Assembly (NCBI RefSeq): GCF_006345805.1
Contig: NC_043006.1
Span: 48,298,001 to 48,362,000 of the forward strand
Origin: Octopus sinensis
Taxonomy: Eukaryota
Length of the DNA stretch: 64,000 nt
Direction: 5' to 3'
The translations under genes and the position numbers were made by a program. The notes under the pieces were generated by a model. That model ran no database searches, had not been told where the DNA came from, and saw only the letters and a program-made list of their open reading frames with translations. Each line of letters opens with the position of its first letter. Position 1 is the first letter of the stretch. This document shows, piece by piece, positions 36,782-50,660 of the stretch.

Positions 36782-37644
36782 TTTACGGGAATTTAGATGA
36801 GCAGGTGTAAAGAATAAAAACAATAACAATTAACAGAAAACTACCCAGCAGCGACTAAGGAACCAACAGATCCCGAGTTGCTCTCATCACCAGGAGCATT
36901 ATGGCAAGTGATCTTCTCTCATCCGTACATTCAGCCTATAGGTGCATGCTCAGTGTAGGTCCATTTACGCGGTCCATTATCGCTCATTCACCTACCTTTT
37001 ACATACTTAATAAGGGGTTGCATCTCTCTCTCAACCCTGATTTCCTCTTCAAATGAAATTTGGAAATGTTATTGAAGCTTTGATCTAAAAGGAAATTTCG
37101 TTTCCACTACTTTCAGTATCGTACACCACGTAACCTTCTTTTGTCAAAGCCACTAAACAGGGAAGTTGCTTGTCCTTGTCAGCGAAAGGAAAGGGAGCAG
37201 GGTGATCTTCTTGACGGAGTCGGCTGATAGCCGGCTCCGATCTAAATATAATAGTAACTTGTCGTCGTCTCTCCACAAGTCAGTAATGCTCGAGCACTGC
37301 ATGAATGCGGGTAAAAATGGCTTCGCAGCTTTGCGTGCATCATAAGCAGGTGAGGATGACGGAACTAGCATACCTATAGAGTTTATCTTCAAACAGTAAT
37401 AACCCCACTCCATCACACCTCACCTCACCCCACCGTGTATCACTGCCATGCCAAGAATTTCTGAAAATAATCCGATTTCAATTAATACCAAGAATTTCTC
37501 TTCGGACAACGTCGCTCTTATCCACCACTAATCCTCTTTAGAACGCTTTTGTGGAATATACATACACCGACCGCATTGCCCGACTGGCAGAGGGCCATAA
37601 GCGTTTGACTGCGTCCTAGATACTGAGCGCCCAGTCAATGATTC

Positions 37645-37969
37645 GCTAAGTTACGGGGACGTGAACACACCAGCATCGGTTGTCAAGCGATGTCGGGGGT
37701 GGGGAGGGACAAACACAGACACAAACACACACACACACACATATATATACAACGGGCTTCTTTCAGTTTCCGCCTACCAAATCCACTCACAAGACTTTGG
37801 TCGGCCCGAGGCTATATTAGAAGACGCTTGCCCAAGGTGCCACTCAGTGGGACCGAACCAAGAACCATGTGGTTGGTAAGCAAGCTACTTACCACACAGC
37901 CACTCCTGCACCTATAGCCACACAGCCACTCCTGCACCTATAGCCACACAGCCACTCCTGCGCCTATAG
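37645..37969 (-). mobile_element. SINE group A with a triplicated 26-bp 5' end
   Basis: ccacacagccactcctgcacctatag at 37892, 37918 and 37944. Confidence 0.85.
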
Positions 37970-38273
37970 TCAAAAGGTAGTCAAAAGTAGGTAATGAAAT
38001 TCATCCTGATATCTGATCCGCCATTTGTAATGAATGGTCGACCGAAGTACAACTACAAAGCCGTTCACAACATCTTGGCCTTCCTAACATTGTCTTATCT
38101 CGTAAGTACAATAATGAAAATAAATTTGTATCTACAATATACCATATTCTATTGAGTACTTGAATTATAATAATTGAATTATAGTTATCCCAGTTTTTTC
38201 AACGGGTACTTAAAATATGAGTGCGTGTATGTTTGCACACGTTTGTTTGCGTATGTATGCAAGTGAATATATA

Positions 38274-38493
38274 TACGAAGGGGTGTTGAAGGGTTTCTAG
38301 ATTTGAATAAAGGAAAATACAGGAGGATCCGTTAATTATGAATTTATTCAACCTATTCTTCTCTCGGATTCACACACTTGTTGCAGCGGTCCGTCAGTTT
38401 TTCTAAGCCCTGTAGAAGAACTTGAAAGTTCGGGCCTCCAGCCAGGCCTCTCGTGATATCCTTAAAGCCAGGAACTTTTCAGCACCCCATCGC

Positions 38494-38494
<1 letters not shown>
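38274..38494 (-). mobile_element. Mariner-derived MITE (~220 bp)
   Basis: TIRs tacgaaggggtgttgaagggtttctag and ccaggaacttttcagcaccccatcgca. Minus strand keeps the transposase C-terminus DRCNKCVNPREE*VE*. Confidence 0.75.
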
Positions 38495-38569
<75 letters not shown>

Positions 38570-39839
38570 CGTGCGTGTTGTGTGTTAGTGTGTGTATGTC
38601 TTGTATGTTTGTATGTGTATATATACACACACATCTACATACAATCACACATATACATATATATATTTTTGCCTGTGCTCGCGCATGTATGTATGTACGT
38701 ATGTATGGATGTATTTAGGCCCACGTACGTAGGTATTAGGAATCATTCTTGAAGAGAATTGCCATTATGGTATTAATTCAAAGCAAGCATGAATTATTCT
38801 TCATCTTACATAAAAACACCAAATTAATATTTAAGCGGAGATTAATTTTAGGGATTAATACTTCCACTTGTTACTTTTATTATTTTTCGGAATTTAATGT
38901 GTTTAGATTATGCTAAATAATGATTCCAGAACAATATGTGAGATATTGTGTGTGTACGTGTAAGAAAAATATGCATGTGACTGTGCGTGTGCACTCGTAT
39001 GTGCACGCACGTGTGTGAGAGAGAGAGAGAGAGAGAGAAGAGAAAGGCTCTGTGCGTGTATATATATATGAGTTAATGGTTTTTATGGACCTATGAGTAT
39101 GCGCATAGTTGTACGCGTGTGTACGAGTGAAGTGCACCAAACAATGTTTTGCAGTCAACGTGCAACTATACAGATATACAATGTTCTATGGTTACCGGCA
39201 CAAAATACGTTTGAAACCATTTTATAATGATCTCAGTAGCAATACAGTGAGTTTTGCTTGCACGATATGCTAGTAAATATAATCAAATTTGTTTCAAGGC
39301 TGTAAAGCATTTAGTTCTTCATTCGCTAATGACTTACGCACTTGAATTCGAATCGTATCGAAACACCTATAGATAGTTCACTCGGTCCTTAATTGCATAA
39401 TTCCCCTACGATGTATTTTCTCATAATTCATTCAACTAAGTTTCTCCTAGCGGTTTATCACAAATATAACTCAGTTTCGTTTGCACTATATACATACTCC
39501 GGATAAAGGTTCTCCGCAACTAAGAGCTTTACAAATTCAGCCACATACTATAAAATCATCGCATACATCAGGAGTTCTCAACCAGTTGTTATCTATGAAC
39601 CCCTGTGATTACTATTTTATTTTGGGGGACCCCATAGCCATTCGATTTTTCAAAACTAGTTTTATAGAAACTATTTTCGAAATCCCTATTTATTTTGCAC
39701 ACATTAACTTGAGTAGGTTGAGTCATGTAAAATGTTAAAGAAACCAAGCTGTTTCTTAATATATACGTATACCAATACATACATCTAAAGTAAATATTTT
39801 ACCAGCAGCCCTTAAAATAGTATAAATGTACCTTCTCGA

Positions 39840-40042
39840 GACATGCCAGGCTCATAAGGGCCGTAGAAATTCCCCACATGGATGGGACGCCGGTCCGTCG
39901 CAGGATTACTCATTTTTGTCAGCTGAATGGACTGGAGCAACGTGAATTGAAGTGTTTTGCTCAAAAACATAACGCATCGCCCGGCCCAGGAATCGAAACC
40001 ACAACCTTACGATCACGAGTTCAACACCCTAACTACTAAGCC
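39840..40042 (-). mobile_element. SINE group D with tail 1b
   Basis: Group D head plus gacggaccggcgtcccatcc...tgagcctggcatgtctcgagaagg. Confidence 0.75.
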
Positions 40043-40057
40043 AGGATCCCCAATTGA

Positions 40058-40350
40058 TTAAATAAGTACCAGTTACGCACTGGGGTCGATATAATCGACT
40101 TAATCCGTTTGCCCTCTCTGTGTGTAGCCCCTGTGAGCAGTAAAGAAATAAGAAACGTTAGCAGTCTGGGTGAAATGCTTAGCGGTATTTCGTCTGTCTT
40201 TATGTTCTGAGTTCAAATTCTGCCCTGGTTGACTTTGCTCTTCATCCTTTCGGGGTCGATAAATTAAGTACCAGTTGCGTACTAGGGTCGATCTAATCGA
40301 CTGGCCACTCCCCAAAAATTTCGGGCTGTTTGCCTAGATTAGAAACGAAT
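40058..40350. mobile_element. SINE group B fragments, head-to-head
   Basis: 40058-40150 on the minus strand and 40150-40350 on the plus strand. Confidence 0.7.
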
Positions 40351-41331
40351 ATTCATTCAACATCTATCATATCTTATCTCCTTGGTTTTGTTTCGTATTG
40401 ATGAAACAATCATTATATATCACACGCATACTTTCTCCTTGGAACACCACGGTACATTTCTCTCCAAAAATTCCCAGATAAGTGGGTTTGTAGGAGAAGA
40501 AAATGATCCCAGGACTTCACTATTTCTTAATTTTATTGACTCCACAAGGATAAATATCAGATCAAATTCAATTCCGGCAGGCTTTGAAAACAGAATGTAA
40601 AGGGTTACATCTAATCCCTGTCAGTCATTTTGCGGCTAAGTCTATTGATTATGTAGATAAATAATGTAACATGTGAGTGGGCACTGTCACATGTAAGTGG
40701 ACATCTTGTCATATTAATTGCTCTTTTCGAAATATAAATCCTGCGGAAACAACTACGATTCTCATGCATTTTTGTGACTCTCTGCCGTTAACAAGAAAGT
40801 ACAAGCGAGAAAAGAAAAATAACGTAAAAATCTATCTTATGGTGTGTATGCTAAAATGGATTTAGCGCCATACTGTTTGGTTAAAATTGACAGTAACAAT
40901 GTATTGTTTAGAAAGGACACTGCTGAGAGGGGTAAGAGCTTTGTTGCAAAGTATTTGTGATCGATAATGAATGAAAGTAGCCCATTTATGAGATGCAATC
41001 GCTATATGCTTGTACAAATATTGTATTTCTAAATTCTCAATGCACCACAGAAGTTTGGCTTGATCGATCAGAGTGTGAAAGAAATAAAGCAAACTTATAT
41101 ATATATATATATATACATATACAGAAAATGAGAGAGACACACACATGTACATACATACAGATATAGGGATATTTACATGTGTGTGTTATTATATGCATCA
41201 ATGCAGGTTTTTATAAATTTCTCATGATGTCTCCTATATATATATATATGCATATAGAGACACACATATATGTATATGTATATATATATGTGTATATATA
41301 TATATATATATTAATAATATATATATATATA

Positions 41332-41373
<42 letters not shown>

Positions 41374-41609
41374 AGGAGAGACAGAGAAAGAGACAGAGAC
41401 GGAAAGACAAAGTAGCAGAGATAGAGAGAGTGATACATAGATATATAGTTAACATTCCCTCACAAGCAAAAATGTGGCACAACAGAGCTTAATAGATACA
41501 TAAGCTCTATGCTCAACAAAATATATTGAGTATATCTTCCAATGTTTGCGAACACTAACGTACACATAATCTTATACATGAAGCCATATGCATATAGGTG
41601 TGTGTATAT

Positions 41610-41669
<60 letters not shown>

Positions 41670-42186
41670 CATATTATGTATATGTGTATGTATGTATAAA
41701 CACGTAAGTATATATATATTTATGTACGAAAAAGATAAAGATTTGGGAATTGATACTGACATAGCTAGATACACAAGAAAGAGAAGTGACAACAAGCAGA
41801 GAGTGAAAGACGAAGACTGCTTAGGTTTAATATAAAATCGAAACACACAACATCCATCCATCCAGCTGAGAACTGATTTTACAACCATCACGATATTGGC
41901 GAATCAACTATGTGCAGTGGATTGGAAAAGAGAAATCGGTATCGGAGGTTCCCGGAACTAATCTATTGAAAGAAGTCGATGTTCATTTTCGGTGATTACA
42001 AATCACGTGTAGCGAATCATTCTGAAAATGAGCGAGTTGCTGTGATGTTGAGAAGATAAAGTCAACATGGCTGCCTCTAATTGAGATGCACCAGTTATAA
42101 ACATGTTTCCATAGCCAAAAGCCGACAAGATTTATCGCTAAGGACAGGTTAAATCAGCTCATTAACAAATAGTACTGAGAGTCTGT

Positions 42187-42511
42187 ATGTATGTATTCAT
42201 GTATGCATGCATAAATATGTATGTATGCGTGTATATATATATATATATATATGTATGTACACACATATTATATACATACATATATATGCATATATATATT
42301 TGCATATATGTCTGTACAAATATATATGCATACGTATGTCTATATATACATATATATGTCGATATATATATATATATGTGTATGTATATGTATATAATAG
42401 ATATAATATATATATTATTATATATATATATATATATTGTACATGTATATGTATATATATGTAATGTATATGTATATATATATGTACATGTATATGTATA
42501 TATAATATATG

Positions 42512-42580
<69 letters not shown>

Positions 42581-42583
42581 ATA

Positions 42584-42628
<45 letters not shown>

Positions 42629-42650
42629 AATATATATAATATATTACATG
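42187..42650. repeat. (TA)n-rich low-complexity block
   Basis: Direct reading. Confidence 0.9.
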
Positions 42651-43438
42651 CGTGTGTTTCGGAGCGGTGGATCATGATAATGATATGCCTGGAGAAATTA
42701 TACTAGTAACATCCCTAAAAATAAATTACAATATCTAATAATGGCTACAACATCCACCACACCCAGCAGCCACTAAATGGCTTTAAAACTCACACATCAA
42801 CACACCAAGCAAATGGATTATACGATGAAGTTGTGCTGAAGTCGATGGACATTTCCTGACATGCGCAATAAACATTATCGTGATGGAAATGAGCCGAAAC
42901 GTTTCTCTGTTTTCGTCGTGTGTTCTGTTCCATGTTATATGCTAAATGTTTCCTGGAAAACTTCCTGTTTTGTTATTCACAGCCGGCACACAACAAATAT
43001 TCTCAAGTAAAACTCTATAGATGTTTCGCATAGAATATGGACTAAAATACTTACAAATAGAAAGTGTATATCTTACATTTGCGAAATATTACCATGCATG
43101 GAAGGACCGGAATATTTAAAATATATCATCTGTGGAGATTAGCAGAATCGGTTGAACGTTGATCGTGATGCCTTGTAGCAATTTCTTGCTTTCTTATCTG
43201 TCTGTACATTCTGAGTTCAAATCCAAGTGTGGTCAATATAGCTTTCGTCATTGCGATGTCTGAACAAACATATAATACACACAGGCACAGACATACATAT
43301 TAGATATATATAATATATATATATATATACATAAAATTTATGCATGTATATCCTTTTTTTGCACCGTCTATATGGATGTTTTGTTCTCCCTTTTTCTATC
43401 ATCTAGCTGTCTGGATGTTTTGCGTTCTTGTCTCATTT

Positions 43439-43509
<71 letters not shown>

Positions 43510-43614
43510 TCATATGTGTGTGTGTGTGTATACATATATACATATTAACATATATAATATATATAAATATTTATATACATATACATATTCATATATGTAT
43601 GTGTATGTATACAT

Positions 43615-44018
43615 ATACCTTTACCTTTCATCCTTTCGGGGTCGATAAATTAAGTACCAGTTGCGTACTGGAGTCGGTCTAATCGACTGTTCCTCTCCAA
43701 AAAATCTTCGGGCCTTGTGCCTAGAGTAAAAAAGAATATCATCACCTTGACACGTACGCATATACACATACACATGGTTGTATGTATGTATGTTTTTGCG
43801 TGCGGGTGCGTGAGTGTGTCCTTGTATCCGTGTTTGTCCCCTGCCACCGCCTGACAATCGGTATCGGTTGTGTTTAGGTCACAGTAACTTAGCGTGTTGG
43901 CAAAAGCCACCGATAGAATATATATGCTGGGATTGATTTGTTCAACTAAAATTCCTCGTAGTGGTGCTCCAGCATGGCCGCAATCTAAATGACTGAAGTA
44001 AGTAAAGGATAAACGATA
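43615..44018 (+). mobile_element. SINE group B2 3' part followed by SINE group A 3' half
   Basis: Matches to other copies in the window. Confidence 0.7.
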
Positions 44019-44034
44019 ATATATGTGTGCGTTA

Positions 44035-44645
44035 AGGCGGCGAGCTGGCAGAAACGTTAGCACGCCGGGCGAAATGCGTAGCCGTATTTCGTCTGCCGTT
44101 ACGTTCTGAGTTCAAATTACGCCGAGGTCGACTTTGCCTTTCATCCTTTCGGGGTCGATAAATTAAGTACCAGTTACACACTGGGGTCAATATAATCGAC
44201 TTAATCCGTTTGTCTGTCCTTGTTTGTCCTCTCCGTGTTTAGCCCCTTGTGGGTAGTAAAGAAATAGGTATTTCGTATGTTTTTGTGTTCTGAGTTCAAA
44301 TTCCGCCGAAGTCGACTTTACCTTTCATCCTCTCGGGGTCGATAAATTAAATACCAGTTACGCACTGAGGTCGATGTAATCGACTTAATCCGTTTGTCTG
44401 TCCTTGCTTGTCCCCTCTATGTTTTGCCCCTTGTGGGCAATAAAGAAATAAGAAACGTTAGCGCGCCGAGCGAAATGCTTAGCGATATTTCGTGTCTTTA
44501 CGTTCAGAGTTCAAATTATGCCGAGGTCGACTTTGTCGTTCATCCTTTCGGGGTCGGTAAATTAAGTACCAGTTGCATACTGGGGTCGATCTAATCGACT
44601 GGCCCCCTCCCCCAAAATTTCGGGCCATGTGCCAAGAGTAGAAAT
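44035..44645 (+). repeat. SINE group B trimer (B1-B1-B2)
   Basis: Junctions gtagtaaagaaata|ggtatttcg (~44266) and aataaagaaata|agaaacgttagc (~44450). Confidence 0.85.
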
Positions 44646-44699
44646 GGATATATGTGTGTGCTTCTGTCCGTGTGTGTGTATTTGTTTGGGTTTGTGTGA

Positions 44700-44990
44700 A
44701 GGCGCATGGCTTAGTGGATAGGATATGCACCTCACAATTGTAAGATTGTCAGTTCAATTTCCGGTGGCACGTTGTGTCCTTGAGTCAGACACTGTATATC
44801 ATATCCCTCCAGTTCACCCAACTGACAAAAATGAGATGCAACTTTATTTCAAAGTACCATCCTTATTACGTTCTGTGTCATGCTGAATCTTTCCGAGAAC
44901 TACATTACGAATACGCGTATCTGTGGAGTACTCAGTCACTTACACGCTAATTTCATAAGCAGACCGTGTTTCGCTGAACCAATCAAATGC
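44700..44990 (+). mobile_element. SINE group D with tail 3
   Basis: ggcgcatggcttagtgg head; tail aligns with 18820-18950. Confidence 0.65.
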
Positions 44991-45204
44991 ATTTCTTTGA
45001 GCTTGTGTTGTTTTTTTTTCCTACCCCACAGCGTAGCGATTCTTCTTATTGTTATCGACAATATGCTCACCAGATTGAAAGTATATAATACAATCAATAT
45101 GAACGACTAAGACAGTGAAGATGCTCCTCCAGCAAGGGCGTCTTCCAGTAACGGATATCAGTATAAGCATTTAACTGATTCTTTACCTTGCATTTACATA
45201 TAAG

Positions 45205-45640
45205 GTTCAAATTTTGGCACAAGGTCAACAAGTTTAGAAAAGGGGCCTAGTCAATTACATTGACCCAGTGCTAAACTCCTACTTAGTTTATCGACCCCGA
45301 AAAGGATGAAAAGTAAAGTCAACCTCAGTGGAATTTGAACTCAGAACGTAAAGACGGACGAAATGCCGCTAAGCATTTCCTCGGCGTGCTAACGATCTGG
45401 CCAGCGCACCGCCTTACACTGCAGTTATTGATTTCATTTCAAATTTCGACACAAGGTCAATTATTTCGAAGGAGGGATAAGTCAATTACGTCAACCCAAG
45501 CCTTCAACTGGTACTTAGTTTATCGACCTCGAAAAGGATGAAATGTAAAATCAAACTCAGCGGAATTTGAACTCAGAGTGTAAATACGAACGAAATGCCG
45601 CAAAGCAGTTTGTCCGGTATCCTATCGATTCTGCCAGTTA
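45205..45640 (-). mobile_element. Two diverged SINE group B2 copies in tandem
   Basis: tttatcgaccccgaaaaggatgaaaag...ggaatttgaactcag, twice. Confidence 0.75.
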
Positions 45641-46096
45641 CATATTAAAATTATAATTATTACGGACTATTAATCTTATTAGATGACAATAATGACATTA
45701 CTGATGTTGGTACAGTGATTGCTTATATTGATTGCTTTAATCGCGTTTGGTTGCAAAGGAGCAAGACGGCTCGACACAGCATATATTTTATTTACATTGT
45801 TTCCGAGAGAAGAGCTGAATTTACCGCTATAAAGTTAACCAAACGCTGTCATTGTTACGATGTTTATACTGCTAACCGCTAATAGCTACACGCGTGTGTT
45901 TACAGTGAAACAGATTGATCAGATGTGTTGTTGCTACGTTATGGAGACAATTTTGTCGGGGGAAGCTATTAAACGACGGGCTTAGATAACGATAGGAAGG
46001 TGTTAGCACAATGTTACAATCATTAGAAACACCGTTTGGCACAATATACTGAATAACCCAGAGCGAATGACGGGATTGCTTCTACTTCTAAAAATA

Positions 46097-46663
46097 TTGG
46101 GTTGTCCGGAAAGTTCGTGCCGATTTTTAAAGGAAAGAAAAATGTCAATAAATACTTGCCATTACATTTCTAATCAACCAAATATGAACCATTTTGTTGC
46201 ACAATGCGTCTCCATCTTTCCTTTAACTTGAAAATACCCTCTTCCCAGAATTGAGGTGGTTTCATGGCAAAGAATTCATCAAGGTATCTTTTTAAGTCAT
46301 CCAAGGAATTGAAATTTTTACCATTAAGACTATTCTGTAGAGATCTGAATAGGTGGAAATCCGAATGAACGATATTTGGTGAATATGGAGGGTGTGATAA
46401 CTCATCCCAACCGAGCTGCAGCAATTTTTGTCTGGTTCCCAAAGTATCAAGTGCCGAATATGAACTTTCTTATCTTCCATTTTTAAAGGGTTACATAGTT
46501 AACACAGGTTATATGAACATAAACCTTCTTCCACGAAAAGATAGCTTAAACTGTGCTCTAAATGGAGGTGTAGTCAAATCCTATTTTATGAACTCAACCA
46601 TGCTCTAAAGGAAGTCGAAAGGTAAGCTACTATAAATCGGCACGAACTTTCCGGACAACCCAA
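46097..46663 (-). mobile_element. Internally deleted mariner (567 bp) with perfect 30-bp TIRs
   Basis: TIR ttgggttgtccggaaagttcgtgccgattt at 46097-46126 and inverted at 46634-46663. ORF 46170..46442 LGWDELSHPPYSPNIVHSDFHLFRSLQNSL...ERWRRIVQQNGSY is the transposase C-terminus. Confidence 0.92.
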
Positions 46664-48099
46664 TGGCAGTAAAATTGCTCTGAAATCCTACACGATCATT
46701 TCTAAAAAGGGAATGACATTGTATAATAAGTTCCCATGTACGCTGAAATTGAAAAGACAGCCTCGTCTGAAGTCTATGATCTTACGTCTGTTCCTATTGC
46801 CTAGAGATAAAAAACAAAAATAACGGAAAACTTGTTATTTGCAAGACACAGCTGACAATTATATCCCTCAAATCGCATCTCAACGTTTTAAAACTGGGGG
46901 GAAAATTGTATCCATCGATATTTTATATCTGAAATGTAAAGCCGACTTGGTGAAAGGTGAACTTTCTTTTTAATAATGTCCGTTGGGCAATGGCTTCTTT
47001 AACATGGGGCAGTATAATGACGACAGCGATGACGACAAAAGTAACTATGATGTTACCGTGTGGCACCGTTCCGCCACACATTACACATTTATTACCAGAA
47101 CTATCATCAATTGCCGGACCCAAGAATTCCCGTTTCCTGCCACAAGGTCTGTCATAGAAAGTGGTTTTTGAACTAAAAATACAAAAGACCGTAACAGATA
47201 CCGCAAGACTTTTTGTTCGACGCTCTGACAATGCCTCTTAAGATAGTCCTTATTACACCAATGTCGAAAGGATGTTAGACAATGTTGATCTCGTTAGGAT
47301 TTGATCTCAGAGCAGAAAAAAAACAGACTTGATACTATCGGGCATTTTCACTGACGTTCTAATAAAGCCCCTGGTTCACTGTTCTAGATTGGTACCTTAT
47401 TTATTGAACCCGAAAAGACAAAGTTGACATCGGTGAGATTCGAAATCAGAACGCAAGGAACCAAAACAAAATAAAGCAATGTATTTTTAGTTTATCCGGC
47501 TTTATAATGACTCTGCCTCTTTGACGACTTCATCCTTTGTCTGTCCTGGGACATATTTCTTTGGCATCCATGCATCATACTTGGGACACAATCCCAAATT
47601 CTTTTTCTTTTCTTTATTGCCCACAAGGGGCAACACAGAGGGGACAACACAGAGACATGTGGAGACATATAACAAATAAAAGAAAAGAAAAGCGTATGTT
47701 ATAATGAATGATAAGATGAAGATGAGAAATGGAATGAAGTTTCCTCAGACCCACCTCTGAGATACTTCATTTTACCTCTGTTCATTTTTCTTTACATTCC
47801 CAAATTTTTTTGCAACTGTCTGAGTAACTTGTGACTTTATGAAAGGAGATCTTTGTATTACACAGAACGTATGAAACAAAAGCCTGCTAAAAGTCTGAAA
47901 ACAAGCATTGAAATGTAGGATAAACTTATGAAAGGTTTTGGATAGGCAAAAGATTAAGAAACAAGAAACAACGACGGCAGGTGTATTCTTTACGTTGTGC
48001 ACTTTTACTTTTAAACCAGTCAGACTATATACGATCTGGATAGGTATTTAAAGAAGAAACATATAATTATGTTAAAGTTTTGTCACAAGGGCAGCTTGG

Positions 48100-49715
48100 G
48101 GGAGGTGGGACTGGTACTTATTTAATCGACCCCGGAAAGATGAAAGACAAAGTCGACATCGGCGAAATTTGTACTCAAAACGAAGCGACGGACGAAATAC
48201 CGCTAAGCATTTCGTCCAGCGCGCTAACGATTCTTTTCTACTCTAGGTACAAGGCCCGAAATTTTGGGGGAGAGGGCCAGTCGATTAGATAGACCCCAGT
48301 ATGCAACTGCTACTTCTTTTATCGATCCCGAAAGGATGAAAGAGAAAGTCAACCTCGACAGAATTTGAACTCAGAACATACTAACTATTTCTTTATTGAC
48401 CACAAGGGGCTAAACACAGAGAGCACAAACAAGGACAGACAAACGGATTAAGTCGATTATATCGACCCCAGTGCGTAACTGGTACTTATTTAATCGACCC
48501 CGGAAAGATGAAAGACAAAGTCGACATCGGCGAAATTTGTACTCAAAACGAAGCGACGGACGAAATACCGCTAAGCATTTCGTCCAGCGCGCTAACGATT
48601 CTTTTCTACTCTAGGTACAAGGCCCGAAATTTTGGGGGAGAGGGCCAGTCGATTAGATAGACCCCAGTATGCAACTGCTACTTCTTTTATCGATCCCGAA
48701 AGGATGAAAGAGAAAGTCAACCTCGACGGAATTTGAACTCAGAACATACTAACTATTTCTTTATTGACCACAAGGGGCTAAACACAGAGAGCACAAACAA
48801 GGACAGACAAACGGATTAAGTCGATTATATCGACCCCAGTGCGTAACTGGTACTTATTTAATCGACCCCGGAAAGATGAAAGACAAAGTCGACATCGGCG
48901 AAATTTGTACTCAAAACGAAGCGACGGACGAAATACCGCTAGCATTTCGTCCAGCGCGCTAACGATTCTTTTCTACTCTAGGTACAAGGCCCGAAATTTT
49001 GGGGGAGAGGGCCATCGATTAGATAGACCCCAGTATGCAACTGCTACTTCTTTTATCGATCCCGAAAGATGAAAGAGAAAGTCAACCTCGACGGAATTTG
49101 AACTCAGAACATACTAACTATTTCTTTATTGACCACAAGGGGCTAAACACAGAGAGCACAAACAAGGACAGACAAACGGATTAAGTCGATTATATCGACC
49201 CCAGTGCGTAACTGGTACTTATTTATCGACCCCGGAAAGATGAAAGACAAAGTCGACATCGGCGAAATTTGTACTCAAAACGAAGCGACGGACGAAATAC
49301 CGCTAAGCATTTCGTCCAGCGCGCTAACGATTCTTTTCTACTCTAGGTACAAGGCCCGAAATTTTGGGGGAGAGGCCAGTCGATTAGATAGACCCCAGTA
49401 TGCAACTGCTACTTCTTTTATCGATCCCGAAAGGATAAAAGAAAAAGTCAACCTCGACAGAATTTGAACTCAGAACATACTAACTATTTCTTTATTGACC
49501 ACAAGGGGCTAAACACAGAGAGCACAAACAAGGACAGACAAACGGATTAAGTCGATTATATCGACCCCAGTGCGTAACTGGTACTTATTTAATCGACCCC
49601 GAAAGGATGAAAAGCAAAGTCGACCTCGGCGGAATTTGAACTCAGAACGTAACGGCAGACGAAATACTGCTAAACATTTCGTCCAGCGCGCTATCGATTC
49701 TGCCAGCTCGCCACC
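48100..49715 (-). repeat. Tandem array of a 365-368 bp SINE group B dimer (B1+B2), four full units plus terminal head
   Basis: ctggtactta at 48111, 48479, 48847, 49212 and 49578; units nearly identical. Confidence 0.95.
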
Positions 49716-50316
49716 TCGAAGAACAAATAATACATTGTGGTAAAACCAACAATAGACCACTGTTATAAGATTTAGAAATATCAAATAGATGTGACCATGT
49801 AAAAATTATAATTAACTTGGTATACCTGAGATGATGAGGCGAGACTTACCAATGAAATCATGGTATTAAGAACTATTTGGGAGTAGGGTCGTATTAATCA
49901 AACAACGGGGTAATAAAAAAAATGCGCAGCTTTTCTCTCAAATGATATCAGGGTTGGATTACACAGCGAAGTTATTGTCCTTTCAACCTGAAAACCTCAT
50001 TTCAAATGCCTTTTGACCTCAGGTCAGATTTTTCCACCTCCCACATGGAAGGGTCAACGTAGTTGCACTCATTGTAATTTAATCGCACCCGTTGGTGATA
50101 GTTCTAAATAGCTTCAACAATGTCGATCACATTTTATTAATTGCTTTATTCAATTATCATATATATATTCAAATATACATGCATACATACATACATACAT
50201 ACATACATACATACAATAATATGCGTCTGTTTGTCTGGGTGTATGTATATTGGTTAACTGTCTCGAGAGCTCTTTCAACCGTGTATTTAACGGTTTATCC
50301 AAATTCGTCGTCTCCC

Positions 50317-50319
<3 letters not shown>

Positions 50320-50358
<39 letters not shown>

Positions 50359-50452
50359 GTAGCAGCAGGAGCAGCATTATCATCATCAGCATTGTCATCA
50401 AATTCTTCTTCTTCTTCTTCTTCTTCTTCTTCTTCTTCTTCTTCTTCATCAT

Positions 50453-50494
<42 letters not shown>

Positions 50495-50660
50495 TACTAC
50501 CAATACTACTACTACTACTACTACTACTACTATACTACTACTACCTACTCCTACTACTACCGCCACTATTGCTACTGCTACTACTACCCACCACCACCAC
50601 TACTACTAATACTAATACTACTACTGCTACAGCTACTACTGCTATTACTACCCACCATTA
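50320..50660. repeat. Compound trinucleotide microsatellite (CAT)(TTC)(TAC)
   Basis: Direct reading. Confidence 0.95.

Noticed and set aside
37085-37416. GC-richer unique island with two overlapping short ORFs and a small hairpin (ggagtcggct-gat-agccggctcc)
   Set aside because: No motif, no convincing splice sites, no second copy; cannot be called a gene or element.
41940-42080. Cluster of TTCCCGGAA (STAT-like), CACGTG (E-box) and caacatggctgcc (YY1-like) motifs
   Set aside because: Short motifs are expected by chance in 64 kb, and there is no gene context or conservation data.
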